A stretch of 64,000 nucleotides of DNA, from assembly GCA_963677235.2 (NCBI GenBank), contig CAXXPP010000004.1:1505888-1569887 (forward strand), in the 5' to 3' direction. The position numbers were made by a program, and so were the translations under genes. The notes under the pieces are model-generated. The model was not told where the DNA came from. It searched no databases and was given only the letters and a program-made list of their open reading frames with translations. Source of the DNA: an uncultured Draconibacterium sp. GTDB taxonomy: Bacteria; Bacteroidota; Bacteroidia; Bacteroidales; Prolixibacteraceae. Shown in pieces: positions 26,528 to 37,809 of the stretch; the stretch's first letter is position 1, and each line of letters starts with the position of its first letter.

Positions 26528-26563
26528 GTTGAGTGGTTTTCTTCTTATAACATTTATTAGAAT

Positions 26564-27949
26564 TTAGTAAGCTTGTTGGAACACAATTTCACTTAATCCT
26601 GCAACTTTATTACCAAGAGGATCGATATTGATAGTAACGGTTAGTTTCCCATCTTTTACGGTTACTACCTTTTCATTGGTCCATTTATACTCACCGGCTC
26701 CAAGCTCAAAAGTTCCGGAATCTACTCCTTCAAATTCAATTTTTTGCCATGATGGGAGTTCTGAATCACCAACTTTTGTCCGAATACGATATACTCCGTT
26801 AGGTACATTGATTTCGTAATAGTATTCATTTTCCGGATTTATAACCTCTGCCGGTGTTCCTGCGAACAAGACTTTTTTCAGTCGTGCGTTGCTTGTGTCG
26901 CCCCGTGTTGCACATTCTACCCTTTGTGTAATATTCCAATGATCAAAAAGCCAGCCTTTCCCAAGATAATTTTCATAGGAATGAATATTGGTTTTATTCT
27001 TATCTGAGGCATTTTTATTATCGCCAAAAACAATCCGGCCTTTTGTATAATTTTTGCTAAGCGTGTAGAATTGGTTATAATATAACAGGAAAACTTGCGG
27101 AAAGTAATTTACAACATTGTAAAACCGATGTTGAAATTGAGGGACCGTATCGGACTTTACCACTGCCAACTGTAAAAAACCATTTGTTTCATCGCCCCAA
27201 ATCGTTCCTAATATTTCTCCTTGTATAATATTTTGTCCTTTTCTTATTTCCAGAGTTTTTGCCAACAAGCCGTCATAAATATAAAATATATCCGGAGAAG
27301 TCGTACTTTTTAATAGCACACAGGCAGCTTCTTCTCCTGCAACTTCATATTCTTTAATCCAAATTACTTCCGAATTTTCTATGGATACAATCCAGTGTTT
27401 TTCTTTACCTCGTGCATCATCTAAATCAAAATCAATTCCCTCATGCGACTGGTAATAATGTTCCCCTGATTCTTTTTTATTTAAACCGAGATACGCAAAC
27501 ATATACCCGTCTGCCTCTGTATTCCATACAAAACCATCGTTAAAACTTACCGGAAAAGTATAATCGTTGGGATTCAGCAGTGGTTGTAAATAGTCGGAAA
27601 CACAAATTAATACATCTTTGGTTAATAGACCATGAACCAGGGAATCAGACGTTATTGACTTTACATTTTTATTATCGGCTACAAATAAACGTACACCACC
27701 CGAGACAACAGGCAAAGTTCTTCGGCTTACCCGAATACAAACAGTATCATTACCAACTTTAATATAATTGAAATGATTTTCCAACCGGAGCAATTTTATT
27801 TCAACATTATTGAAGACGCAGCTTTCGCCTGTATTCAGGTTAAAATAATGGCTGTTTCCCCAACTAAAATCAGGAGTAGTATTTTGCCCTGTCCCAACCG
27901 AACAAAGCCATAAAAACAGATTAAATATTAGCGATAGTTTTTTCAACAA
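26564..27949 (-). CDS. Secreted hypothetical protein (M23-like segment plus C-terminal beta-sandwich)
   Basis: Signal peptide; HEGIDF and GEILG motifs; VPNGVYRI. Confidence 0.55.
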   Translation of the reverse strand: MLKKLSLIFNLFLWLCSVGTGQNTTPDFSWGNSHYFNLNTGESCVFNNVEIKLLRLENHFNYIKVGNDTVCIRVSRRTLPVVSGGVRLFVADNKNVKSITSDSLVHGLLTKDVLICVSDYLQPLLNPNDYTFPVSFNDGFVWNTEADGYMFAYLGLNKKESGEHYYQSHEGIDFDLDDARGKEKHWIVSIENSEVIWIKEYEVAGEEAACVLLKSTTSPDIFYIYDGLLAKTLEIRKGQNIIQGEILGTIWGDETNGFLQLAVVKSDTVPQFQHRFYNVVNYFPQVFLLYYNQFYTLSKNYTKGRIVFGDNKNASDKNKTNIHSYENYLGKGWLFDHWNITQRVECATRGDTSNARLKKVLFAGTPAEVINPENEYYYEINVPNGVYRIRTKVGDSELPSWQKIEFEGVDSGTFELGAGEYKWTNEKVVTVKDGKLTVTINIDPLGNKVAGLSEIVFQQAY

Positions 27950-28027
27950 TTTACACTAAGAGTTATTCTACTTAAAACGTATTCGGAACCATCAAAAACA
28001 TCAATTTACATTTCTCCCCGCAGATTT

Positions 28028-28894
28028 CTAACGATGAAAAGTTTCCGAAATAAACTTAAGCCCATCGAATAAACCAATGCGCCAGTAGCTCCATTCATGT
28101 CCTCCGTTTCGAACACGATATTCATGAGGAATACCTAAATCTCTCATTTTAACATGTAAAGCTGAATTTCCTTTATACAGAAAATCATCGTCGCCACAAT
28201 CAATATAAAAACGAACTGATTTTAATTTTTCCGGTTCAACACTATCGAGCAAATGCAAAGGATTATATGCTTTCCACGATTTACTTACTTCGTTATTTGG
28301 TTTGGGGCCATAAATATGCCCAAAATAACGATCGTACATATCACTGTTTAAAATTTCGTCGTCGGTAAATGTCCCTGAACTCATTGCATCGCATGAAGAA
28401 AATAAATCAGTATGACGCATCGCCAGTGTTAATGCACCATATCCTCCCATCGACAAGCCGGCAACAGCCCGGAATTGTTTATCTGAACGAATACGATATT
28501 CTTTTTCAATAAAAGGAATAAACTCTTTGACAAACATATCTTCCCATGGATCTTTCCCATCATAGCTATTGGAATACCAGGCAACTTTTCCATCGGGCAT
28601 TACAATAATGCAAGGTGGAAAATCGCCGTTTTTAATTCCTTTGTCTGCAATAAAATTTGCTTCACCAAACTGAATCCAGCCTGTTTCATCATCGGAATAA
28701 CCATGTAAAAGATACAATACCGGGTAACTTCTTTGCGAACTGTCATAACCAGGCGGAAGATAAATTGAATATTTTACCGGATAATCCACCAGGTTACTTT
28801 TAAACTGAAGTGATTCAATAACTTTTCCAGTTTGAGCTTTACATAAAACAAACGAAAATACAACAAGGAGCAACAATAAAATTTTCTTCATCAT
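28028..28894 (-). CDS. Esterase, alpha/beta hydrolase (CE1-like)
   Basis: YLPPGY, YPVLYLLHG, GLSMGG, DCGDDD, GGHEW. Confidence 0.88.
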   Translation of the reverse strand: MMKKILLLLLVVFSFVLCKAQTGKVIESLQFKSNLVDYPVKYSIYLPPGYDSSQRSYPVLYLLHGYSDDETGWIQFGEANFIADKGIKNGDFPPCIIVMPDGKVAWYSNSYDGKDPWEDMFVKEFIPFIEKEYRIRSDKQFRAVAGLSMGGYGALTLAMRHTDLFSSCDAMSSGTFTDDEILNSDMYDRYFGHIYGPKPNNEVSKSWKAYNPLHLLDSVEPEKLKSVRFYIDCGDDDFLYKGNSALHVKMRDLGIPHEYRVRNGGHEWSYWRIGLFDGLKFISETFHR

Positions 28895-29066
28895 TCAGGT
28901 TATTTTATTCATTTTAGCAAAGCTATCAATTCTGAAGAAAAAGTCATACCTGCCAGTAAAATTCAACAACAATTTATTTGCTGTTCTTCGCAGTTTGGGT
29001 ATTTATTAATTCCGAAAATATAGTTAGCGAAAGCTTTTAATAAAAGTAGTGATCATTACCAGCCAG

Positions 29067-29104
29067 AAAAAACTCAGCCCCATTTACTCATTCGTAAATG
29101 GAGC
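29067..29104 (-). terminator. Probable intrinsic terminator
   Basis: CCATTTAC/GTAAATGG stem with a downstream T-run on the minus strand. Confidence 0.5.
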
Positions 29105-29170
29105 CGATGTCTGTTTCAATTCTGTTAACTATTAAAATACATCTATGAAATAGTTCTACTCTATAAAACC

Positions 29171-30532
29171 CTAGTCTAGCGAAGTTCCGGCCAGTTTAAC
29201 CTGGTAAGGCCACATTTCTTCTTTGGGTTTTTCTTCATTTTGACGCCCCCAGCGCATCACTACAGGCCAGTGTTCAGTGGGTGCACCACTTACAACCAAC
29301 CAAAGGTATTCTGTATTTTTAGGAACTGTAAACGAAACCGTTCCGTTAGGATCTTTATAAATATCACTATAAACCCTTTTTCCATTCTTTAATGAAGCCA
29401 CAAAGCCATAGCGCCACCCGGCCTTGTCTACCTTAACAGCATCATATCCTTCAGCTCCGGCAATCCCTTCAAATTGTAACTGTACTTCTGTCCCGGCGTT
29501 CGGCACCTGAAGTTTTATTCCATTATAGCCATAATTTTGCGGACAATTTGAGGCTGCGATGCGAAACCATCCGTCACCCGCATCTGTAAGTTTACTTTGA
29601 TGTTGATTGGCATACTTGTGAGCAACCTTATCAACCCGTTTCAAATCCCATGTAATAAATCTACGCGATGCGTCAAACATTTCATCATTAAATTGTGCCT
29701 GTGTTAGGTTATTTAAACGTTTGTATGTCATTACAGGATCCTCACCTTCCTCTGTTGAACGGCAAAGTTTGCCAAAAAAATCTTTACCATGTTTCATCGA
29801 CCAGTATTCCAAAACATAAGGGGAATGATACATATTTGCCGAATGTAAAAAAGCATAATGGGTTTGTTTCATGAAATCAACCAAGTGGTAATTTTCAAAA
29901 GTCATCCATTCCGGATAAACCTGCCAAAGCATGTATTGTGCCGACATTTCCATAATTGCCCCACGTGGCCCCGTACCTGCGTCAATACTCGACATATACT
30001 GAAATGAATGCCCAAGTTCGTGTGCCAACGCTCCATATGGCGTTTTATTAATTCTTGAAGCCGGAGTCCATAACATCCCGATTTTTTCCTCTTCACCGCC
30101 ACCAAATGCTGTTGCTTCATTGCCACCAAAAACAATTACAATCATTTTATATTTATCAGTCAATGAATTCCCCTTTTCCACCATTTTGAGTTCATTCACA
30201 TAGTAATCGTAAAAACGTTCACATTCCTGTAACGCAAAATGAACATCAAAACGTTTGCTTTCGTCGGGATTGGCCATAGGATCATCGCCAAATTCTTTAT
30301 TCCAGAAAATGGCAATGTTATCCGACTCTACCATTCGTTGAAAACTATACTCGCTATTGTTGTCGTTAAAATCATTTCCTTCAGGAACACGATCGATTTT
30401 AGCCGGTAGGTACAGTTCCTTTGAAGAAGATTTGTCTTTCTTCGCAGCTGAAGATTGCAATGCCTGCAATAAAATTAATACAACCAAAGCAGTTTTAATT
30501 ATTTTTTTACAACATTCAATAGCCTTTATCAT
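29171..30532 (-). CDS. DUF6055-like secreted protein with HExxH motif
   Basis: Signal peptide; AHELGHSFQY, E.SAQY, PQNYGYN, GWRYGFVA. Confidence 0.7.
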   Translation of the reverse strand: MIKAIECCKKIIKTALVVLILLQALQSSAAKKDKSSSKELYLPAKIDRVPEGNDFNDNNSEYSFQRMVESDNIAIFWNKEFGDDPMANPDESKRFDVHFALQECERFYDYYVNELKMVEKGNSLTDKYKMIVIVFGGNEATAFGGGEEEKIGMLWTPASRINKTPYGALAHELGHSFQYMSSIDAGTGPRGAIMEMSAQYMLWQVYPEWMTFENYHLVDFMKQTHYAFLHSANMYHSPYVLEYWSMKHGKDFFGKLCRSTEEGEDPVMTYKRLNNLTQAQFNDEMFDASRRFITWDLKRVDKVAHKYANQHQSKLTDAGDGWFRIAASNCPQNYGYNGIKLQVPNAGTEVQLQFEGIAGAEGYDAVKVDKAGWRYGFVASLKNGKRVYSDIYKDPNGTVSFTVPKNTEYLWLVVSGAPTEHWPVVMRWGRQNEEKPKEEMWPYQVKLAGTSLD

Positions 30533-30823
30533 TTCGGATTATTTTTTCGGTTAAACAATAAGTGTCGAAAATACAATAAAAAATGAGCACATAAAAATGA
30601 TGGAACTCATTTTTTAGATATCAATTATATTTTTAAAAACATATGTTTAAAACAGATTATTATTCTACCCTATGTGCAATTTTTACTATCTGTGTTTATA
30701 AAGTTGAAAAGTTAATTGGTAGTTCTGTATATTAGTAATGCCTGTTTACAAATTCCTCTTAGTTATAAATTAATACTGCGCCTGAATATGGCAAGAGTGT
30801 TTTCAACCTCGCAAAAAACTACT

Positions 30824-32623
30824 TCAATCCGCCACAGGCAGAAAAATGTAAAATATAGTTCCTTTACCAGGAGTACTTTCAACCATAAGTTTTCCATTAT
30901 TCAGGTCAATAAATTCTTTACACAGGACAAGACCAAGCCCCGTTCCTTTTTCATTGGCAGTGCCACGCCTCGATTTAACTTTGCCAACCAGAAAAAGAGT
31001 ATCAACCTGCTCCCGATCCATTCCAATTCCGCTATCCTTAACTTTGATCTCAACATCGTCGTTAAAAGCCTTTGCTGTTATTTCTATCCATCCGCCTGCA
31101 GGGGTAAATTTTACGGCGTTTGAAATAATGTTTCGAATAGCCGTGTTTATCATCTGGTAATCGATAAAAACATTTAGTCCACTTTGAATTTCATTGGCGA
31201 TTGTGATTTCTTTTTGTTGAGCTATCTTCTGAAACAAACTGATGTTTTCATACAAAATGTCATTCAAGTTCGTTTTTTGCAAATCAGGATTAAGTTTGTT
31301 ACTCTGCAAGTGTGCCCATTGTAATAAATTCTCGAGCAATGCATATATGTTTTCCGTAGTTGAATGGATTGATTTTAGAAATGAATTTAGTTTTTCTTCC
31401 GAAAGGTCTTTTCGGTGCAGTGCTACAACCTCAGCCAGGCCTAGCAGTGCAGAAAAAGGCGATCTTAAATCATGAGCAATAATTGAAAAAAATTTATCTT
31501 TTGTAGCAATTGCATAACACAGTTCTTCATTCTGTTCCTTCAGTTTTTCGCGGGTAGCAATTTTTAATATTATATTCCGGGATAAGAACCAAAAAAGGAC
31601 AAAAAATATCAAACTTAGGATTGCAATTACAAACCACCACGATTTTAATTGAGCAACAACCAGTTTGGTTAGCCGATCTTTAGGGACAAAGGATATAATT
31701 TTCCATGTGAGTGTTTTGCACCGAAAAACATTGTCGCCCGGAGCAGAGCTTTTAATTACAGGACTAACAGTTTCGTAAACGAATATTCCTTTCCCGTTAA
31801 CAAATGCACCATTCTTATTTTTGTAAATTACATCACTTTCGCTTTTAAAATCGGCATAAAAATTTTTCTCCTTTTTCTCATTAAACATAAACCCCCATTC
31901 GTCTTCAGAACTCATGCCAATAAAATAATATCCATCTTTATTCAGAAACATAGTTTTTCCAATGCTCCCCTTCTCTTCCGTTTTTATCTTATTGATAATA
32001 ATCTCACCAAAGAAATTAACCACCAAAATTCCAATTAATTCATTTTTGCTGTTAAAAACAGGTGAACCAATTCGTATCACAGGATTAAAAGGCATTTCAA
32101 CTGTATCCTTTTCAATATTCAAATCCATGGGTGAGAAATAAACCGAATCATCCGGCAGTTGAATTATCTCTTTAAAATAATATCGGTCGGATTTATCCTG
32201 AAGTTTATCCTTACTTACAATCTTGGCTATATCGTTATCAAAATTTATCCGAACTTCCTCTTTCCCGGCTTCATTCAGAAATCGAATCTGATTATATGAT
32301 CTTTTTGAAATTGCAAACTCGAAAAACGTCGCATTTAAACGTTTTTTAAAATCGACTCCATCCTCTTCGTAAAATAAAGCAGTTTGCCTTTCCAGAAACA
32401 AAACGTCCGATTTTATTTGGCTTATAATTTCATTGGTAACATCTACTGCTTTTTGATTAAAGTATTTTTCTTCCTGTATTATGTCTTTCCTGGTTTTAGT
32501 TTCAGTGAAAGAATAAAGACTTCCAATCAACAAAATAAGCACCAATAAATATCCGAAAACAAAAACGAAAAAAAGAGCAATTGTTTTTCTGTTGTAATTT
32601 TCATCTGAAGAATTTGCGTCCAT
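30824..32623 (-). CDS. Sensor histidine kinase (Cache-type sensor domain)
   Basis: Two TM helices; IIAHDLRSPF, NIISNAVKFT, DSGIG, GTGLGL. Confidence 0.92.
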   Translation of the reverse strand: MDANSSDENYNRKTIALFFVFVFGYLLVLILLIGSLYSFTETKTRKDIIQEEKYFNQKAVDVTNEIISQIKSDVLFLERQTALFYEEDGVDFKKRLNATFFEFAISKRSYNQIRFLNEAGKEEVRINFDNDIAKIVSKDKLQDKSDRYYFKEIIQLPDDSVYFSPMDLNIEKDTVEMPFNPVIRIGSPVFNSKNELIGILVVNFFGEIIINKIKTEEKGSIGKTMFLNKDGYYFIGMSSEDEWGFMFNEKKEKNFYADFKSESDVIYKNKNGAFVNGKGIFVYETVSPVIKSSAPGDNVFRCKTLTWKIISFVPKDRLTKLVVAQLKSWWFVIAILSLIFFVLFWFLSRNIILKIATREKLKEQNEELCYAIATKDKFFSIIAHDLRSPFSALLGLAEVVALHRKDLSEEKLNSFLKSIHSTTENIYALLENLLQWAHLQSNKLNPDLQKTNLNDILYENISLFQKIAQQKEITIANEIQSGLNVFIDYQMINTAIRNIISNAVKFTPAGGWIEITAKAFNDDVEIKVKDSGIGMDREQVDTLFLVGKVKSRRGTANEKGTGLGLVLCKEFIDLNNGKLMVESTPGKGTIFYIFLPVAD

Positions 32624-32745
32624 TCAAATAAAAGGTTTTATTGAATTCAGTTTTGGTTCTCAAATATAAAAACAAAAAATGATTGTTACATAAATTCAAA
32701 TATTATTCATTACTAAGCATTCAATAGAATATACCTTCATTTAAC

Positions 32746-34290
32746 CTAAAGCCCAAGGATTTCCGACCCCTGCTCAAAAACGATATCCAACGGAATGCCA
32801 GCCTTGCCAATTCGGTCTAAATCCTTCCGTAATTCCTCACGAATGTATCCCCTCTCCTTAATTAAATTATAAGCTGACTCATAATTACCATCTCCCTGAA
32901 TCTTTAAAATCTCTTCAGAAAGCGTTATCATAGCTTCTTTCATCTTTTCAAAGTTTACTCGATAACTACCGGTTTCTTCGTCACGCTTAAATGCACCGGT
33001 TTCCTGAAAGTAGTAAAAGCGAATCATGTTTGCCTTTCCATGCGCACTTGCAGCACCAAAACGTACTGAACGAAAAATACCTGCCATAAACGTAACAAAA
33101 TTATCCATCAATTCTTTTTCGCCCAACTCTCCCGCTTCAGTCAGTTTATAAACACACCATAATCCAAGAATATCTGCTTTTCCTTCTTCAATAGAAGTGT
33201 AAGTATCTTTTAACGCCGCCCGTACAGTAGAACTTTTATCCACAGTGTTTCCAAGCCCCAAACCATGTGCAACTTCATGGAACATTGTATTTTCAAAGAA
33301 TGCATCAAATTTCACATGTTTTTGTTGGTCTTTCGCGATTAACAATTTGGAGATTGGCACCACAATTTTATCAAATTTTGCCTGCATTGTATTTTTCAGT
33401 TGTAATTTACGACTTCCTTTTGTTTCGCGCACTATTTCGTCGTTAGGCAAGTTGATAGCTATTGTTTTACTTCCTGCATTACAATCGCCGGCGTAATAAA
33501 TTACGTCGTAAGCATTTAGATCAGAATCAATTCCGGGCATTTCGTTTTTATATTTTTGGTCACACGGAAGTGTTTTTTGAAGGTCGGGAAGCAAGGCAGC
33601 AAACTTTGTTAATTTCTCACTCCATTGTTTATCTTTAATTAAAATAAACGATTCATGAGTAGCTTTGTAGCCAAAAAGTTGATCCTCGTAATTTTCAATG
33701 GGCCCGATAATAAAATCAATCGTATTGTTTTTCATTTCCATCCAGGCCATATCGCTCTCATAATAATTATCGGTTAAAAGCGCATCCGCCCGTTTTTCAA
33801 GATACCTTTTAAAACCTTTGTCCTCGGCCAAAAGAGCAGCTTCACTAACCAGTTGAGCCGCTTTCTTTATTTTATCATCAAAAAACTGATGATAAGGAAC
33901 AGAAACCAGACTACCGTCGTAGTCGCGTCTTATTATTGTGTACTGATTTGTTTTTGTATCATCCTTCCACTGGTTAAATTCTTCTCTGGTTATATCTTTG
34001 GGGTAAAAATTCGCACCAGAGGGTTTTTGTCCATATTGAGGTAAAAAAGATTCATTATTATTCAACCGTTCCCACGGACCATAATTTATATTCAAAAATT
34101 TACGAGTGTATTCATCTATATTTTCAGAAAAAAGATTGTCCTTTTGCCCGAAAGCTTCCTGCCAAAAAATATCGTCCATTATTTTGGCTGCTTCAAATAA
34201 TAAAGGCAACATTTGTTTTTCTTTTTCAGTTAACACACTTAAATCAGTCGTTAATTTAAACGACACAAATTCCTCAGCTCTTTGTTTCAT
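32746..34290 (-). CDS. Zn-dependent hydrolase, peptidase M49 (DPP III)-like
   Basis: IGPIENYED, AINLPND, FHEVAHGLG, EEGKAD. A probable signal peptide lies out of frame upstream. Confidence 0.8.
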   Translation of the reverse strand: MKQRAEEFVSFKLTTDLSVLTEKEKQMLPLLFEAAKIMDDIFWQEAFGQKDNLFSENIDEYTRKFLNINYGPWERLNNNESFLPQYGQKPSGANFYPKDITREEFNQWKDDTKTNQYTIIRRDYDGSLVSVPYHQFFDDKIKKAAQLVSEAALLAEDKGFKRYLEKRADALLTDNYYESDMAWMEMKNNTIDFIIGPIENYEDQLFGYKATHESFILIKDKQWSEKLTKFAALLPDLQKTLPCDQKYKNEMPGIDSDLNAYDVIYYAGDCNAGSKTIAINLPNDEIVRETKGSRKLQLKNTMQAKFDKIVVPISKLLIAKDQQKHVKFDAFFENTMFHEVAHGLGLGNTVDKSSTVRAALKDTYTSIEEGKADILGLWCVYKLTEAGELGEKELMDNFVTFMAGIFRSVRFGAASAHGKANMIRFYYFQETGAFKRDEETGSYRVNFEKMKEAMITLSEEILKIQGDGNYESAYNLIKERGYIREELRKDLDRIGKAGIPLDIVFEQGSEILGL

Positions 34291-34577
34291 AATATTATCT
34301 CTTCTTTTTTCCGTCTTTTTAAGTTGTTGATATATGACTTTACAAGGGAAAACAAAGCAATAAAGACGGCAAGTATTGTTGCATTGATTGTTTTAATTTT
34401 GCTCAAAACTATAAAATGTAAAGTTTTCCCTCAACCTTAAAACAAGATTTGGATGATTTGTTTTTATAATATTTCAACTTTACCTGAATTTTATTTTGAC
34501 TTTGTGTTTTTTCCATATGAATAAGAATTTAACATCCATTCATTAGCTTTGCAAAATATGTACGAGTAAACCCGGTA

Positions 34578-36722
34578 ATGAATAACGAGAAGATAATGTA
34601 TTTTTTTCCCCGTTTTAAAAAATTCCAACAGGCTTTCTGGCGGCACCCCCGAAGGCTGAATGCATTAAGAGCAACGACCTCGATGGGGATTCTGGCTATT
34701 CCTTTTATTGTTGCCGGCAAACCTTTTTATGGTGTAACTCTTGCCCTGGGAGCGTTGGCGGGGGCTCTATCGGAAACCAACGATCACCCCAAAGGACGGA
34801 TAAAAGCATTATCAATAACCATTGTTAGTTTTTTTATTTCCAGTTTCTCTGTTGGGTTACTAAACAACTACACATGGTTGCTCGGAGCAGGTTTTATCTT
34901 TTCCACTATAATATTTATTTTACTTGGCGGAATTGGCGAACGTTACCGCGCTATAACATTCGGTTCCGTACTGGTTGGAATTTATGCCATGTTGGGTATT
35001 GAGATTAGTCCGGCATGGTATTGGCAGGCGGTATTATTACCTGCCGGGGCCTTGTTTCACGGATTATTCACATTGATATTATTGTACCAGAATCCATGGC
35101 GCTTACTCGATGAGCAAATGGCTGAAGGATTTAAAAATCTGGCTAATTATCTGGAAAAAAAAGCCACATTATTTCCCAGTAAAAAAGAAGAACAGGCAAC
35201 CATTAACAACGACCTGGCTATTCTGAATATTAATGTAGTAAATTCTCTTGAAAAGATAAAAGATGTACTTAATAACTATGGAAGGGAATTGAACAATCAG
35301 GACCCGCTCCGCCCCTATTTGCAGCGTTTTATGCTTTTACAGAGCTTACACGAACGGGCAGCTTCGAGTCACGAACGACACGATAAGCTCAGCGACGAAA
35401 AAGAACGACTGGAAATTATGGAGGGATTTGGTGAAATGCTACGGCAATTGTCTTATGCCACACGACAAGTCGCAGAAAATATGCTCACGGGCATTCCATA
35501 TCATCATCCGTTGGCATTGGAATGGATATCGGATGCCATCGATTCCAAATTACAAAAAATGGACTCAACCACCATTACCCAGCCTTTAATCTTATTACAT
35601 CATAATTTGTATCGCTCGCACCTTTCATTAAAATATCTTGATAACATAGAACAAGGAACATCAATTCCGCGACTGAGAAAAGATGAACGAAGCCCGGTTG
35701 AAAGATTTCGCACACAACTGAAGTTTAGCCATCCGCGCATGCGTTATGCTTTACGGTTAAGTTTGAGTTTTGCCATTGGATTTATTCTCGAAAAATATTT
35801 TTCGCTGGATAAAGGGGCCTGGGTAATGCTAACCAGTTTATTTGTAAGCCAAATTACCTACAGCGATACAAGGCGAAGATTATTTCAGCGTTTGCTGGGC
35901 ACAGTGACCGGTGTATTCCTGGGGGCGATACTTATACAAATATTTACGAATACCGCTGCACAGACAATTTTAATGTTTGCTTCTGCGCTGGCATTTTTTT
36001 ACTGGCTTCGAATCAATTATTCCATTGCAGTAATTTTTATTACCACATTTGTAATCAGTGCTTTTAATCTTATTTCAAAAGATGCCGGGATTCATATTAT
36101 GGTTCCAAGACTGATTGACACGATATTAGGAGCAGCTTTATCGTTTTTAACAATTCGTTTTTTATGGCCCGGCTGGCAATTCCGGCGCATGCCAGAACTA
36201 ATATCAAAAGCGATGAAAAAGAATATGATTTATTTGCAAGCGATCGTGAGTGAATATAAAAAATCGAGTGCCGATGACCTGGAATATCGCATCGCCCGAA
36301 GAGAAGCCCATTTAGCTGATAACGAACTTGCCCTGGCATGGAACAGTATGCGTCAGGAACCCCGTAGTAAAAGAAAGCTAATGCGCCATGCGTTTACTCT
36401 TACTTATTTGAATCACGCTTTATTATCTCATATATCAGCACTAGGGGCACACCGCGAAACTAATATGCCGGTAATTGAAAACATTACACGAGTTATGTTA
36501 CAAATTACGCAAATTTTAAATGAGGCCAGCGAATACCTCGGAAATAAACAGAATATTGTTCCAACAGATCTTTCTCCAATATTATTCGATCTCCAAAAAC
36601 AAATTGTTTCCACTGAAAACACCTTAAAAAAACAACAGCTCCGTCTTTTCTATAATATTGCCGGAACTTCTGCTAAAATCATGAAAGAACTTCAGGAAAC
36701 CTGGATAGATGTCAGAAGTTAA
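34578..36722 (+). CDS. yccS: YccS/YhfK (FUSC) family membrane transporter
   Basis: LGERY-like AITFGS, LHERAASSH, RYALRL, RLIDT, YRIARREAH. Confidence 0.82.
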   Translation: MNNEKIMYFFPRFKKFQQAFWRHPRRLNALRATTSMGILAIPFIVAGKPFYGVTLALGALAGALSETNDHPKGRIKALSITIVSFFISSFSVGLLNNYTWLLGAGFIFSTIIFILLGGIGERYRAITFGSVLVGIYAMLGIEISPAWYWQAVLLPAGALFHGLFTLILLYQNPWRLLDEQMAEGFKNLANYLEKKATLFPSKKEEQATINNDLAILNINVVNSLEKIKDVLNNYGRELNNQDPLRPYLQRFMLLQSLHERAASSHERHDKLSDEKERLEIMEGFGEMLRQLSYATRQVAENMLTGIPYHHPLALEWISDAIDSKLQKMDSTTITQPLILLHHNLYRSHLSLKYLDNIEQGTSIPRLRKDERSPVERFRTQLKFSHPRMRYALRLSLSFAIGFILEKYFSLDKGAWVMLTSLFVSQITYSDTRRRLFQRLLGTVTGVFLGAILIQIFTNTAAQTILMFASALAFFYWLRINYSIAVIFITTFVISAFNLISKDAGIHIMVPRLIDTILGAALSFLTIRFLWPGWQFRRMPELISKAMKKNMIYLQAIVSEYKKSSADDLEYRIARREAHLADNELALAWNSMRQEPRSKRKLMRHAFTLTYLNHALLSHISALGAHRETNMPVIENITRVMLQITQILNEASEYLGNKQNIVPTDLSPILFDLQKQIVSTENTLKKQQLRLFYNIAGTSAKIMKELQETWIDVRS

Positions 36723-37167
36723 AAGTATTGAATAAAAAAGAAATCAGACTGATATTTTGCTTAGTAGCAATAAAGTAGCTAATGTATAAAAATCAGTATT
36801 CGGACTCTCCGGCGGCTAAGAACATTACTACAATGCGAATAATAAAAACATAGACGCCTACAAAAAGAAGTTTATTCAACGTTCAACTGATATTTACGAA
36901 AACCTGCATAATTATTTTCAACCCAATAGTTATCCGAAAAAGATTTTTGAACAGCTATCCAGTAACATAGTTCCGGTGAATTTAGCAATCATTTATTGAA
37001 CTCACCATATAAAACTGACGGCTTATTTCGCATTAATGCTGGCTTGTTGATATGAGAAAAAACCTATTTCTTTATAAAGACTGGCGTTGATCATTTGCCG
37101 CCATTTACATTGTTTTTTCTATAAATTTGACAGATAAGTTCCATTTGCAAAAAAAATCTATATATTT

Positions 37168-37185
37168 GTTCGTAGTTTTACGAAT
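37168..37185 (+). promoter_or_regulatory. Putative ArsR operator
   Basis: TTCGTA-N4-TACGAA directly after TATATTTG (-7 element); a related palindrome sits at 37508. Confidence 0.55.
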
Positions 37186-37191
37186 AAACAA

Positions 37192-37491
37192 ATGCCAGAA
37201 GAAACTGTATTTACAAATAAACAGCAAAGAGCAGCTCGCTACGCCAAGGCAATGGGTCATCCTGTTAGGATGTATGTTCTGGAACTGCTTTCCAATCAGA
37301 GTTGCTGTTACAGTGGTGATTTAAGTGATGAATTACCCATCGCTAAATCAACCTTATCACAACATTTAAAGGAATTAAAAGATGCTGGATTAATTCAGGG
37401 AGAAATAGAATCTCCCAGGGTTAAATATTGTATAAACAAAGAAAACTGGAAAGAAGCACAACTTCTGTTTAAAGAATTTCTGAAAATCTAA
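37192..37491 (+). CDS. arsR: ArsR/SmtB family regulator
   Basis: KAMGHPVR, CC, STLSQHLKELK. Confidence 0.88.
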   Translation: MPEETVFTNKQQRAARYAKAMGHPVRMYVLELLSNQSCCYSGDLSDELPIAKSTLSQHLKELKDAGLIQGEIESPRVKYCINKENWKEAQLLFKEFLKI

Positions 37492-37507
37492 AAATTTTTA
37501 ACAAATA

Positions 37508-37525
37508 GTTCGCAATTCTGCGAAC
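37508..37525 (+). promoter_or_regulatory. Putative ArsR operator
   Basis: GTTCGCA-ATTC-TGCGAAC. Confidence 0.5.
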
Positions 37526-37540
37526 AACGAACAAAGAAAT

Positions 37541-37804
37541 ATGGATTATAAAGATTTAAAACCCGGTAAAATGGACATTCGAGTTTTAGGTACCGGATGC
37601 CCGAAATGTAAAGCACTTGAAAAGGCCGTTAATGAATCGGTTACAGAACTAAAACTGCAGGCCGAAGTAAGCAAAGTAGAAGATATTATGGAAATTATGC
37701 AGTTTGGCGTGATGCAAACACCTGCATTGGTGATTAATGGGAAAGTTGTGGTAAGTGGAAGGCTGCCAAACAACAACGAACTAAAAACACTATTGACCCG
37801 CTAA
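37541..37804 (+). CDS. Small redox-active disulfide (thioredoxin-family) protein
   Basis: VLGTGCPKC, GVMQTPALVING. Confidence 0.88.
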   Translation: MDYKDLKPGKMDIRVLGTGCPKCKALEKAVNESVTELKLQAEVSKVEDIMEIMQFGVMQTPALVINGKVVVSGRLPNNNELKTLLTR

Positions 37805-37809
37805 CTAAA

